Assembly (NCBI GenBank): GCA_951406725.2
Contig: OX597815.1
Location: 109,988,001-110,052,000, forward strand
Source: Octopus vulgaris
Lineage: Eukaryota
Length of the DNA: 64,000 nucleotides
Direction of reading: 5' to 3'
Part shown: piece by piece, positions 12,963-26,527 of the stretch
How positions within the stretch are numbered: the stretch's first letter is position 1
Layout of the letters: the number at the start of each line of letters is the position of its first letter
Translations under genes and position numbers: made by a program
The notes under the pieces: model-generated
Told to the model about the DNA's origin: nothing
The model's input: only the letters and a program-made list of their open reading frames with translations
Databases searched by the model: none

Positions 12963-14189
12963 AGTAAGAATATATAGATAGGTCGACTCAGTAGTTGAGC
13001 GCCCGCTAAACAGACAACTAATTCTTAATCTGTTACTCTTGTTTTATGATTTTCACATTATATTATCAAATAAGTTGTTACTCATATGATTTTAAAAGCG
13101 AAGCATTTATATTGCATTTTTAGACCTCACATTTATATTGCATTTTTAGACCTCACATTTATATAGGTAAGAAAACATACGATTCTAAAACATTCATGTT
13201 TTTCGCTCCCAAGTATAAAGTAACCAATATAAAGTAACTGGAATCGAAATTAGGTGATTTATATTAGGTGTGTTCTGCTTAAATCTATCGCCTTCAGGAT
13301 AGTCCCGAAGAAAAAATATATATTGGACTCATTTCCCCTTGGTATCAAAGTTTAGAAAAAGAAAACAGAAAAAAAGAAAACGTAAAAGTATGGACAATTG
13401 TACCTCTCTAAAGTGTGAGTTAGTAGCCATAAAAGGACCGAAAATATTTCAGTGTAGGGTTATACTACATTATGGAATTGATTTACCAAAAAAGTAGCTA
13501 TTGGTCACTCTGCTGCAAGAGAATGAACTCTGACAAAAATATATACGGTGCTTTATGTTAAACTTGACAGATTAGTTAAACTACCTGCCGTTTTTCTCCA
13601 CTTAAATCGCCACTTTAAAAAAATTGCATAGCTATAATACATTCTATTTCCATTTTCCCAAAATGATAATGATTTGTGAATTAGGAGATGAGAGGAAATA
13701 TATATTTAATTAAAGAATACATCATCCACTAAGGTGTGAGGAACCGTAACACAGATAGAATCAGAACCAACACCAAACGCCGTGGCATGTTAATGTTGTT
13801 CCTGCTACCACCACCGCACCTCGGTTTCCACTTTTTATTTTATTTAACTTCTTATTAGCAGGAGACACTCAAACGACCTTCACAACAACTCATATAGCAA
13901 CTGAATCGACTCCTATCATACACTATCCCACCCAGATAGACTTGTGGTCATGACAACGAGCGAAAGATCTCCGTCAGCGTGAAATGCCTCTTTAATCGGG
14001 ATCTTTGCGCATGTTCCTGACTTTCAGCTATGTATTGCAATACTATCCGATGGATATGGTATAAAAGCACCACCTCATCTTGCTTTCTCAACTTATCCAC
14101 AGTTTTGAATAGCAGATATATTTCAATACACCCTGCTCTTTTCGATGTCCATTGAAAAGATTGTAAAATCCCTCGATAATGATGATACA

Positions 14190-16010
14190 TTACCCAAATT
14201 TCTAAATATCTAATTTTAAATTGTTAAAATCCAGCGAAAATTGCCAAATATTCTATAAAATTATTCAAAATCAATAGAAGAATAAATACTCAAAAATGCT
14301 TTAAAATTCTTAAAATAAAAGCAAGAAAACGAAAAGAAAACGAAATTACTCAAGCATCGTCAAAAATTACCAAAAGTCCAAATAATCCACACTGCTGTAA
14401 GGAAATAAGTATCAAAAATATCCTTGAAACCCCGTAAGAGTATAAAATAAGGATCAGAAAATAATTATCAAAATCTATTAAAATTCCTCAAAATCAATAA
14501 ATGTATAAATAAAAATTTCTGGAATATTATCAAAAGTCGTTAAAAATCAAAAACCCTGAAAATCAAACGAAAAAAATGCTAACATTCTATAAAAGGTATC
14601 AAAAATCGTCTCAAATTCTTACAAATGCTCAAACATTTTTTTAAATCATAAAAATCATGAAAAATAATGAAAATCCTCAAAATAAAAAAAAAAATCCTAT
14701 AGCTTTATGAAAAATTTCACAAACCTTAAAAAATTTAAAAGTGGAAAAAAATTCTTCAAAACCATAAAAACATCCCTCCCAAATCTCCCATATTTTAACA
14801 AATGATTTTAATATGCAAAAATTGCCAAAAATGTTTTCTTCGCCTCACGCCAAATATTTCTCAAAGGATCAAGAGAAAACGCAAAAATTCAGAAATCTTT
14901 CAAAATCCTCCCCCTTAAAAAAATCGTTAAATCAATAAAATCCATGAAAAATAATAGCAACTTTTCAAAGTTTCTTAGAAACATAAAATATTTAAAAAAT
15001 CATAAAGTAAATATGAAATTTTAAAAATTCAACAAAAATTCTCAAAAATTGTTGAATTCTCAAAAAGACCCAGTATCGAGAGAAAAAATTCAGAACAATT
15101 ACACTCGAAAACCTCTCCAAAACATTAAAAATATATTAAGAATAATCGAAACTTGTCAAAATCACCAGGAAGGAATCAATCACAACAAAAATAATAATTA
15201 TACTAAAAGAAAAACAAACTTAATATTATTTTTAATATTACAAAATTATGAAAAATTAACAAAATTTTGCAGAATTCCTCACAATAAAAAGTAAAAATAT
15301 AATCTTCAACATTAAAACTAAGTATTTCTAATTGTTGAAAAATCGTAAAAATCAAAAATTTGTAAAAACTTTGAAACTGAATAGAATATGTCGTCCAAAA
15401 AAATGAAAATTTCTCACGCATTCTGAAAGAACCTTCAAATATCGAAAATTGACTAATCATAAAAATTCACGAAAATAAGAAAATGTTTTCAAAGTTTGCC
15501 TCGTTGTGAGCCACCATCTTAGTGTACATAAATACAGAAAGAAATAGTTTTCACAAATGATCGGAAGCACCAAATCAGCAGAATCATTTTAGCAGAATGT
15601 TAATAATTCTGAAATTCGAAAGCCATTAAAAATCTGTGGAGTATGAGAAAAGGCACTTTTTAACAAAAACAATTAAAAACATTTTGAAACATCGCATATG
15701 ACAGAAATTTAACCAAAATATGTAAAAAAATCCTGAAATTTACAAACTGTATCAGAATTCTCAGAATCCCTCAAAGTTAAAGAAATATTTAAGTATACTG
15801 AAAATTGCCGCATTCTAAATTTCTCAATTCATAAAAAAGACCACCACCCTCGCAAAAAAAAAAAAAAACAAAGACAGAAAAAAGCAAAAAACATGTGACC
15901 AACCGTAGAAAGTCCTTGAAAGTCGCTAAAATTCGTCTGGAAATGTACTTAATTGGAGAAAAAAAATTACTCTGTAATATATTGTCAAAAATCTTCAGAA
16001 AATTCGTTAA
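14190..16010. repeat. Long A-rich low-complexity / degenerate satellite-like tract
   Basis: Recurrent AAAATC/AAAATTC/AAAAAT motifs with a strong A-over-T skew on the plus strand. Confidence 0.6.
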
Positions 16011-18506
16011 CATGCATAAATATATTTATACATATGCATATATACATATACACACACGCAACATACATACATACGTGTGTGTACATACACACACAACGCG
16101 CGCGCACACACGCACACGCACACACATACATGCGCGCGCACACTATTCTACTGATATGTTTCGCGGCAAAACTTCAGAATATGTATTGCTAATAAATTCC
16201 TGTCTGCTAAACCAGACATTGTAGATCTTTTTCGTACAGAGAACAACTCCAGCTTCCAGTATCCACTTCTCTGTCTAGAATACCTTCTTAAACAGCCCGT
16301 GCATAAAAGAAATTTGTGCTCTGTGTATATCCCACCGTACACATATAAGAAAAATTGTATGAAGATATGACATGATTACTTAAGTCCATATTGGTGTATC
16401 CTGACTACTCATGAGATATTTCAATGATAGCTGATACGGACTAACATCTTAGGGGCTTTGAATTAACTTTCTTTCAATTTTCTACGCTTATACTATTCCA
16501 GCGGGATTTAAGATATGGAACCAATCGCCCATTTATACAAATGAACTGAATTACCACAGGGGAGTTTCTAGACTACGGGAGAATTCTAATGACCCGGCTT
16601 CTATCGTTGCATAAACGGCAACCGGTCTCTGGTACCCGGTTACTTATTCTTGGTCCTTCCAGGCAGTCAGTGTGTCGAAGCCATGAAGTGTATTAGATAT
16701 TTTGCACTTGCTAGATTTGGAGCTAATACTCCATAATGCTCCAGTCTGCAGTAGACGCAACTTGGAACTCCCCTGGAGCTCAGTTAACTGGAGTAATCTG
16801 AAACGAAGCGTCCTTGAGACAGAAATCGCTGTCGAATTCAGGTATCGAACTAACCACGTGATAACACGCCTTCACGTGATGTCTGCCAACGTCAGCTTAC
16901 TATCTGGGTTCACAAACATCATCTGCTTCTGGAGATGTAGATTTTCTTTAGGAAAACTGACACTGTGTCCGTTTTGTTACTCAACACACAATTTAAGACC
17001 GTGTTGTCGGCTAGAAGTGCAAGTAATCTCTCCGAAATACTGACTTCGCTAATCGCTTATGCATGTATATTTAAATTGCTTAGCAATTCTCCAAGCTGAC
17101 CCTCACTCCAACCCAGGTACATCCAAATCTCAACATCGTTCAAGATGAAAAGAGTAGAAGATCACTTTTTACATATGGATGGGATTAAATCCTGTAGTTT
17201 TATTTGCCTCCGTCAACGAGTATTATCCTAAACAGGCATTTCCGCGTTTTTATAGCTGACAATTCTTTCAAAAAGGTGTACATCCCACACAAAATATACT
17301 TTCATTTAGTTATATATTCCTGGTGATGCTCAAGCCAGGAGTCTATCTATAGCACTTTTTCTGAAGAGTGATTCCATCTTCCCTGCTATTATATTTATTT
17401 TTTTTTATGGGAAGAAGAGCGGGGATCACGTTGATAAAATCCATCATTTGACACTAACTATAACGATTCTACAAAATCACTCTCTTTCAGAAAACAAAAC
17501 GAGATATAAATTAAGAATAAAGTGCCTTGCTAATGCGACAAGCATCCATTACAGCCACTTCAGTTTCACCCCAAACATATTCCTTTACACAAAAAATATA
17601 TAAAAAAAAGTAACAATAAAATAGCAACAACAAAAATAACAACTAAAACATAGGAAGTAGCAATGAATTCAAATGATAGAAATGAAGAAGCAAGCAAAAA
17701 ATGAACAAAAACTGACAGAGCCGGATGACAAGAACAACGGATGACCTCGTAGTCATCAACAATAACAATAACAACACCACCATTAACACCGCTAAAAAAA
17801 AACAGATTTTCTTTAGAACAAAAACGTTAAAATCAAAGAAGAGCAACATCAGATATAAGAGAGAAAGAGAGGAAGAAAGATAGGGAGAGTGAGAGGGATA
17901 GAGAGAGAGAGAAGGGGAGAAAGAGCAAGAGGTAGAGTGGGGAATGAGAAAGTAGAGAGAACAATAGTATTATCATGAAGAGGATTACTCAACAAATATA
18001 ATTGAAAGCTCCCCCCCCGCCAAGAAAAAAACAAAAAAATAATCGCAACAGCAAATACGACAACTAGTACTATTACAATAATAATGACCATTAGTACCAC
18101 CGTAACAACAACTACAACAACAAAACTAGCGAGAAAAAATTTAGGAAAAAAAATGGGGGAAAATAGACAAAACAAGGTTGTGAGGCATACACCCCATTCT
18201 TTGTGTTACAATTGTCCCGGTCGGTGTTGGACATGCGCACTTAGTGATGCGTTTTGAGCTGCCACGTTTGGAATGTTAATGATTGGCTATGATTGATCGT
18301 CATTGGTCACAGATTGAGAATGTCCCTTTTATAGCAAGCAAACTGCCTTCTATTCATCGAATCAGCTCGCCCCTTTCGCCCTTCATTACCGTACCTCCAC
18401 CTACGACCGCCACTTCACAGTCACCTAATTTGCTTCCTCCCAGTTTTTCTTTATTTTTATCACCAATTCTATTGCCGTCATCTTCATCCCCACCACCATC
18501 GTTACC

Positions 18507-18578
<72 letters not shown>

Positions 18579-18858
18579 GCACCACTACAACTGCAACAAC
18601 CACAACAACAATGATAATCACCACTAACACAACTACGCATACTACCCCCATTACCACCATTTTCACTATGACCATCTACCTCTTCCTCTCCCTCCTCTTC
18701 ATTATCATCATCATCATCATCATCGTCTTCATCATCATTATCATCATCATTAACAGCGACTCATCTTTATCAGCGCATTTGTAAATGAATCTCTCTCTTT
18801 GCTTCTCTCCATTTCTGTCCATTTCTCTTTCACTCTCACTCTCACTCTCTCTCTCTCA

Positions 18859-18905
<47 letters not shown>

Positions 18906-19404
18906 TCTGACTCTTTCTTACTGTACCAGTCTCCTGACTGTCACATATCCCTTACACATCTTTTGCTTTTCGCTTCCTTTTAGATGACGTTATCCAAGCA
19001 AACGCGTTATTATCATCATACTATCCCCCTCTCTCCCTCTTCTCTCTCTTTCTCACTTTCTTCCTCTCCCTTTATTCCCCATTTCTACCCATATCATCCA
19101 CAATACTAAACATCTTCCCAACCGATCCAACACCACACTAAAGCTTCGCCTCAGTCTCCTCCGTCTCCCTACACATAGTTTATGCTTGGCCATATCATAT
19201 AATTGTATCCAACTTCAATTCGAAAAATGGAATATCTGTCCAAATTGCTTCCATTCCTTTTTCTTTCTCTTCTCCCATCAATTCTGGCCAGATGCACCAT
19301 CTTAGATTTTTTTTTACTTTATTATTAGTAATGCTAACGATAATGATGATGTGATGATGGTAAAATCATTATCGTCATCATCATTATAATCGACGTCGTC
19401 GTCG

Positions 19405-19437
<33 letters not shown>

Positions 19438-19560
19438 ACATCCTCATCGTCGTCATCACCATCATCATCAAATAATTAAATGTATAAATTCTTCTTCTTC
19501 TTCTTCTTCTTCTTCTTCTTCTTCTTCTTCTTCTTCTTCTTCTTCTTCTTCTTCTTCTTC

Positions 19561-19592
<32 letters not shown>

Positions 19593-19964
19593 CTTCTTCT
19601 TCTTTTTCATGCTGTCGTTGTTGTCGTCATCGTCGTTGTCGTCATCATCGTCATCATCATCGTCGTCGTTGTCGTCATCACCACCACCACCACCATCGGC
19701 ACCGCTATTTTTTAAAATTTTCATGATGTTTTGCTTTTCTTTCTACAATTTATTTTCCCTTCGTTTTTCTTTGAATTTATATTTTATTTTAGACTTTTTC
19801 TTCAGATCCTAGCTTTTGTATTTTATTGTTTGGTTGTCTTGTACTTTTGCTCTTCACGAAAAGGGACAATAAGTGATCAAGTTGAGACAATGACAGAGAA
19901 TGAAATAACAAATAAATAGCTAAAAGTAACGATTAAAAAAGCAACAAAAAAGCCAGAAGAGACA

Positions 19965-20115
19965 GGCGCGGCTGTGTGAGAAGTTTCTTTCCCAACGACA
20001 TGGTTTCGGGTTCAGTGCCACTGCGTGGTACCTTGGGCAAGTGTCTTTTACCATAGCCTTGAGCCGATCAAAACCCTATCGACAGATTTGGTAGATGGAA
20101 ACTGAAAGAAGCCTG
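19965..20115 (+). mobile_element. SINE family B, 5' part
   Basis: GGCTGTGTG...GGGTTCAGTGCCACTGCGTGGTACCTTGGGCAAGTGTC...GGAAACTGAAAGAAGCC. Confidence 0.85.
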
Positions 20116-20133
20116 ACAATTGCCTTTTTTCAT

Positions 20134-20496
20134 AGGCACAGGAGTGGCTGTGTGGTAAGTAGCTTGCTTACCAACCACATGGTTCCGGATTCAGTCCCAC
20201 TGCGTGGCACCTTGAGAAAGTGTCTTCTACTATAGCCTCGGGCCGACCAAAGCCTTGTGAGTGGATTTGGTAGACGGAAACAGAAAGAAGTCCGTTGTAT
20301 ATGTGTGTGTTTGTGTGCTTGTATATGCTTGTATGTCTGTGTTTGTACCCCACCATCGCTTGACAACCGATGCTGGTGTGTGTTCGGCAGAAGACACTTG
20401 GCTTACAAAGATTAAGTCCTGGGGTCGAATTGTTTGACTGAAGGCAGTGCTCCAGCATGGTCGTAGTCAAATGGCTGACACAAATAAAAGAGTAAA
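20134..20496 (+). mobile_element. tRNA-derived SINE, family B, near full length
   Basis: GGCACAGGAGTGGCTGTGTGGTAAG head; internal (GT)n; tail CCAGCATGG...AAATAAAAGAGTAAA; matches 29834-30227 and 41102-41480. Confidence 0.9.
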
Positions 20497-20579
20497 GTGT
20501 ATACACACACACATATAAGTTACGAGAACATAAACAAACCAACACAAACACATATGTGCATATATATATATATATATAT

Positions 20580-20958
<379 letters not shown>

Positions 20959-20990
20959 TTTATTTAAAGCAGCAGAAAATTCAACAAAAT

Positions 20991-21028
20991 CTGTTACTCT
21001 GAGTTTCTCGTTGCCGTTCATCAGACAG
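20991..21028 (-). ncRNA. Mirror minimal type I hammerhead ribozyme
   Basis: Identical core on the minus strand, with a shorter stem I (CTGT/ACAG). Confidence 0.65.
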
Positions 21029-21039
21029 TTTTTGCTAGA

Positions 21040-21087
21040 AAAATCTGTCTGATGAACGGCAACGAGAAACTCAGAGTAACAGATTTT
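21040..21087 (+). ncRNA. Minimal type I hammerhead ribozyme
   Basis: Stem I AAAATCTGT/ACAGATTTT; core CTGATGA (21049-21055); stem II A-CG-GCAA-CG-A; GAAA (21066-21069); stem III ACTC-A-GAGT; GUA cleavage triplet ending at 21078. Confidence 0.75.
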
Positions 21088-21184
21088 GTTGAATTTTCTG
21101 CTGCTTTAAATAAAGCATATTACTCTACCACTGGTATTTGAGTACTCTTTTTTCCACTTTGTTTCACATTTATGTGTTTACTCC

Positions 21185-21304
<120 letters not shown>

Positions 21305-22493
21305 TAACAAATGTTTAGAGGAGACTATTAATTATAAGGATGAATACTCTCCTGAATCCATGTCACTGAATTCAACGTCACGTTATGAACATAAAAACAA
21401 ATGTTTGGTAAAGTGGTTAAGACATTTCTTAATCACGAACTTCAGGCTTGGAACCGACTGTGTGGTATCTTTGGCAAGTGTTTTATCTATTTTTTTACCA
21501 TAAGTTCGAGTCGAACTAAGTCTTGTGAAGAAATTGAGTAGACAGAGACTGTGTGAATGTATGGTGGACGGACTGTGCATATGATTCAACGGGATGGCCT
21601 TGTAACACCGATCTTGCACTAGAATACGTTAAGATTTCACATGTCTGAGCTGTACTCGTTCACAAACACACTAATTCATTGGACAAGTTATTTCTTTAGT
21701 CGGACGAGCCCAGAATACTTATAATGGAAAGCGATTGTGAATCCTTTGCATTTTATTTTATTTACATATGAACACACACATACGTGCAAGAAAATGAGAT
21801 GAGAAAGAAATAAACAATGTTCTTATGAACTCCATTAGCTTACTGCTGTTTCTGCAGTAGGATGCAGTTGTTTCATGGTTGAGTGCTTGAGTAACACGTT
21901 ACAGTTTCATCGAAGCCTCCACTGTGTGTGATTCTGTGTACGGATGTATATAAATAGTCAACTGTGTAAATAGACATGTATGTATGTTACATTTCGTTTT
22001 TAATTTTTCAAGAACAACAACGACAATTGTTTAATGGTTTAGTTAGGTAAGGTAAAGGACAGTACCTATAATAATTTATCAAAATTTCATGACTCAAGAA
22101 ATATTTGTCTTCACATACGAAATTTTTCACACGTTAACACGCGTACACATTAATACGCACAGATTCACTCTACCACACAGTACTAGAATTGATATAAATA
22201 TACGCGTTACAAGTGTTCTTTGGTACCGTAATAGGTGAACGATATTAAAGAATGGCTAAGGCATGTGAGTTTACATGTACGTCTGTGCATGTGTATGTGT
22301 GTGTTTGTGTATATTTATACGTGTATATGGGCGTCTGTGTATGTACTCAATCAAAACGACTTCGGACTGAATTTGCAAGAAATTTTTATTCTGATCTATT
22401 ACGTTATATAATCTTTAAATACTATTTTCAATGGACAAAAGTAAACAATTGTTTGATATAAACTGAATATTGTGTGATGTAATTAATATCACT

Positions 22494-22805
22494 GTTCTAT
22501 ATTTAAGAGCTGAGAAATTAGGTACATTATTTACATTATTTACATTTGATGGATATTTGTCCTCATCTTGTTTGTTGTTAATACGTTTTGGCAGATATAC
22601 CCTCCAGCCTTCATCAGGTGTCTTGGGGAAATTTCGAACCTGGGTTCTCATTCCTAATGTTTTTTTTCCTTAGGAATGAGAAACCAGGTTCAAAATTTTC
22701 CCCAAGACACCTGATAAAGGCTGGAGAGTATATCAGCCGAATCGTTGTGTTAACAACAAACAAGATGAAGACAAATATCTGCCAAATGTAAATAATGTAA
22801 ATAAT
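22494..22805. mobile_element. Fold-back terminal-repeat fragment of the 7-10 kb PLE family with two mutated HHR motifs
   Basis: Arms 22526-22657 and 22670-22805 are inverted with a 12-bp spacer; homologous to 9580-9730; cores CTGATGA..AAAACGT (minus) and CTGATAA..GAATCGTT (plus). Confidence 0.85.
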
Positions 22806-23852
22806 ATATTAGTATCAGTGTTTGTAAATCTGTGCATCACTTAACATGTGTAAATGCATGTGTATGCACGTGAATTAATATACCTGGTATAATTTTAGCT
22901 TATAGAGTAGAATGTGTGAATAACTGTTTCGTTGTTTCGTGCTGTTGATTGTTTGAATATGTGACATTAGCTGGATACGTCAGTAAATGAGAATTTGTAT
23001 CTGTTTACTCTTAAAGCAGTTTTTTTTGTGTACACATCTTCCATGGTTTTACTTCTACCGTTTGGCGTATTTTGAAAAATCTGTGTGTGTATTTGTTCAG
23101 ATTTGTCTGTGTGTGTTTCTATGAAATGATACGAACATGATTGAAACTTCCTAGTTACGGCCGGACAAACAAGGAAATGTTAAAATAAATGAAAGAAAAA
23201 ATGTATATGGAAATAAAAGAATTTCATAAAAAATGTTAAAAGTAGAAAGATGAAAAAACAACAACAAAAACACCGTTTTCTTCAACTCCTGTTATTAGGG
23301 TTTTTTTGTGTGTCGTAGGGCCGAATTCTGTGGCGCTAATCAGTGCCGTGTTCCTTTCTATCGCTGTAATATTACAATATGGATTGAACAATGTATAAAC
23401 ATTAGCCAGATGTGTACTGCACTGCTGCCGTTTTTAATAGCAGTACAAACATCAAAACACCCTTAAATTAGCCAACTTTCTTTCTCCTCGCCTGTGACCT
23501 TTTTTATTCCCGTCATACATAAATATCCCTCTCTATTCTGTATAATGCCCGTTCACGTTAACCGTCTGTTTCCCCATTCCCAATGTTTCATCCTTTTCGC
23601 ACAACTACACCTTCCTTTAACTCTTTGTCCCTCTCTCTTTCTAGTATCACCCATAACTATTTCATTTCCTCAGACAATCTCCTACTCCCTCTCTCATTCC
23701 ATTAACACATATTCTTTATTTCCACTACTCTTTTTTTTAACTCTCCCTCACAACTCTCTGCATTTATAGGAAATTGTTATTGTACCCACTATTCACTGAC
23801 CACTGTATCTCTCAATAAGGTTGACTCTCTGTTTTCTGTCTGACTCATTATA

Positions 23853-24690
23853 CGAGCTGCATTCCAGAAGTTTTGGAACTTTTTCAGGATAGACATTTAT
23901 TAATTTCAAGGAAGTATAAAACTCTAATCTCCTTCATAGAAGGATCTTCTGATTTCAATGCGTCTGTTGCAGTGTTCCGGCCATTTCATGGAGGCCGCAT
24001 GGAAAACCTCCTAAGTGAAGGTTTCCAAGCCCCTTGTCCAAGACCCTTCATCTTCAAAAAGACTGCCTTTGATGTCCTCTTCCAGCTTGGGGAACAACCT
24101 AGAGTCGCGGGGAGCAAGGTCTCGACTGTAGGGATAGTGAGGGGCAGTTTTGATGCCTATATCTGTCAAGTAGTTGGTTACCAGAGTGCTTGTTACTGAA
24201 TACTTTAGGAACAAACTTTTGCGCATGCTCAAATCTTCATGAAGAATTTTGTGCGTGCTCAGATCTTCATGAATAATTCTGTGTATAGTTGCCACACCAT
24301 CTTCAAACTGTATGTGTATTGTCTTTATAGATAAACAACTGTACTCATTCCAAAAATAGCGAATTTTCTCAACCAGCTCTGATATTCTGACTTCTTTCTT
24401 CTTCCCACATCTCTCAATTTCACTCACTTTCTCTCTACTGTCTTTGGAGCTCTTGCACCATCGGAAAAGTTAATCCATAAGTAATCGGGAGCATTTCATA
24501 AGTTTCTGTCGCGTTTTTGCCCTGTTTAATAAAAAAAAAACTTCATTGCTTAGCGAGCTTCCAAACGTCCCAAATGCATTCCACAAACTAGTCAGTTATG
24601 ACCAGCAATGTTTAAAGTGTGTTCAGGGTGCTGTTAAAGCCGACTCCTTTGGTCTGGAATAAACCACCAGAGACTTTCTGTATGGTTTCT
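23853..24690 (-). mobile_element. Mariner transposon relic, internally deleted
   Basis: APHYPYSRDLAPRDSRLFPKL resembles the mariner HPPYSPDLAPxD motif; TA-CGAG terminus at 23851; the other boundary is approximate. Confidence 0.85.
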
Positions 24691-25299
24691 TTGACCTACT
24701 GGGACTAAGAGTCAACCATACACTTCAATTTTCACACTCTACCGTCTTCATAAATGAATAAACAGTCTTAAAATATACCTGGAATAAATTTTAGGATGGT
24801 GACAGCTAGAAAACTTTTAACCCCAGTGCTCATTCGTTGGGCTAAGGAAGAACACAAAGAACCCGATAAGTTGCAGATTAAAAAACATAAAAAGTATTTC
24901 ATTTTTCACTTCTTCTCTCAATACGTATTCGCACTTTCTACACCTTCCATTTGCTCTTTCTCTGCTTCTCTCCTTATCTCTCTGTGCCTACATCTTTACA
25001 TGTCCTAATCTCACTTTAAACTTTGCATCTCTTTATTACCCACTCTATCATACGGTCTCTTTCGCATCCTCTCTGTTGACACACTTTTTCTTTTTTTGAC
25101 CCTTTGTTTGTCTCTAGGTTTCTTTCCAGCATTATCTCTTTTTCTTGTTTCTCATTAGATGCATAATTGCAGTCTAATTACAGTGATCTCCGTCACTATT
25201 GTTCTCGTCCGAGCTAGCTTTGCAATCTTCGTTGCATTACGAAACGCTGATAAGGAAGAACGTGCAAACAATTCTGGGTAAAGACTCTCTCTCACACTC

Positions 25300-25331
<32 letters not shown>

Positions 25332-25406
25332 ATGTATGTATGTATGTATGTATGTATGTATGTATGTATGTATGTATGTATGTATGTATGTATGTATGTA
25401 TGTATG

Positions 25407-25495
<89 letters not shown>

Positions 25496-25521
25496 AATGG
25501 ATGCGTGCGTTCTGTCGTGTA

Positions 25522-25575
25522 ATAACAAATTAATAAATAAAACATATGCATATGTTTTATTTATTAATTTGTTAT
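25522..25575. repeat. Perfect 54-bp spacerless palindrome
   Basis: ATAACAAATTAATAAATAAAACATATG|CATATGTTTTATTTATTAATTTGTTAT; the left arm also occurs at 1982-2008. Confidence 0.9.
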
Positions 25576-25830
25576 ATATATATATATGTATACACCCACA
25601 TAATACAAACATTTATATGTACACATACACACATACACACATATATCAAGGGATTTCTCTGTTTAGACAATGTGAATTTTATGCTTTATTGGATTAAATT
25701 TATTTCATATTGCCTGATGATATATGAGAGAAATAAAGTAACATGCTAAGTGAATAAGATTGAGTAATGGTGTAAGTAAGCGAGTATGAACAAGCGAATG
25801 GGAAAAGATGCTGAGAAAGAGATAAGACAG

Positions 25831-25906
<76 letters not shown>

Positions 25907-25908
25907 AG

Positions 25909-25957
<49 letters not shown>

Positions 25958-26483
25958 TTCGAATGGAAAGAGGTTGCCTTTTCACAGAGATGTATTTTAT
26001 CCATCTCCGGTTTAGCTCCATATCGATTAATATACTTTGGATTTAATCAATTTGTGTTACTATTAGTGTTAACACTTATGAAGTTCCAGTTATCGTTATA
26101 GATGTTTTCATCCATTCTATATAGGAGAACAAAATTTCAATGATATACTATAAGGAAAATGGAGGTTTTGAACACAGAAAATCACTTTATTTATATAATA
26201 GTCAATTTCCAATCGCCTACGTACGTTTCAATTTCTTACCTTCATTCATATTTTGCAATTACGATTGCCTTATGCATTTAAAAGGTATAAATCTCTTCAG
26301 GGCAAAAATTGACAAATATTCGTTCACATCCTCATGGATAGAGAGTTGCTTACAGACTGAGATAGCGGTATGCTTTTGTGTGTTTGTGTGTTTGTGTTGA
26401 ACTACAACCACATTGGACAATGGCTAGTTGTAGTTCTGAGGAACTAGGTCATACTACCATTTACCTTAGATTATATATATGGG

Positions 26484-26527
<44 letters not shown>

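Noticed and set aside
16160-17330. Complex, moderately GC-rich block with ORF 16702-17043
   Set aside because: No recognisable protein motif or splice structure; probably an old repeat but cannot be classified by eye
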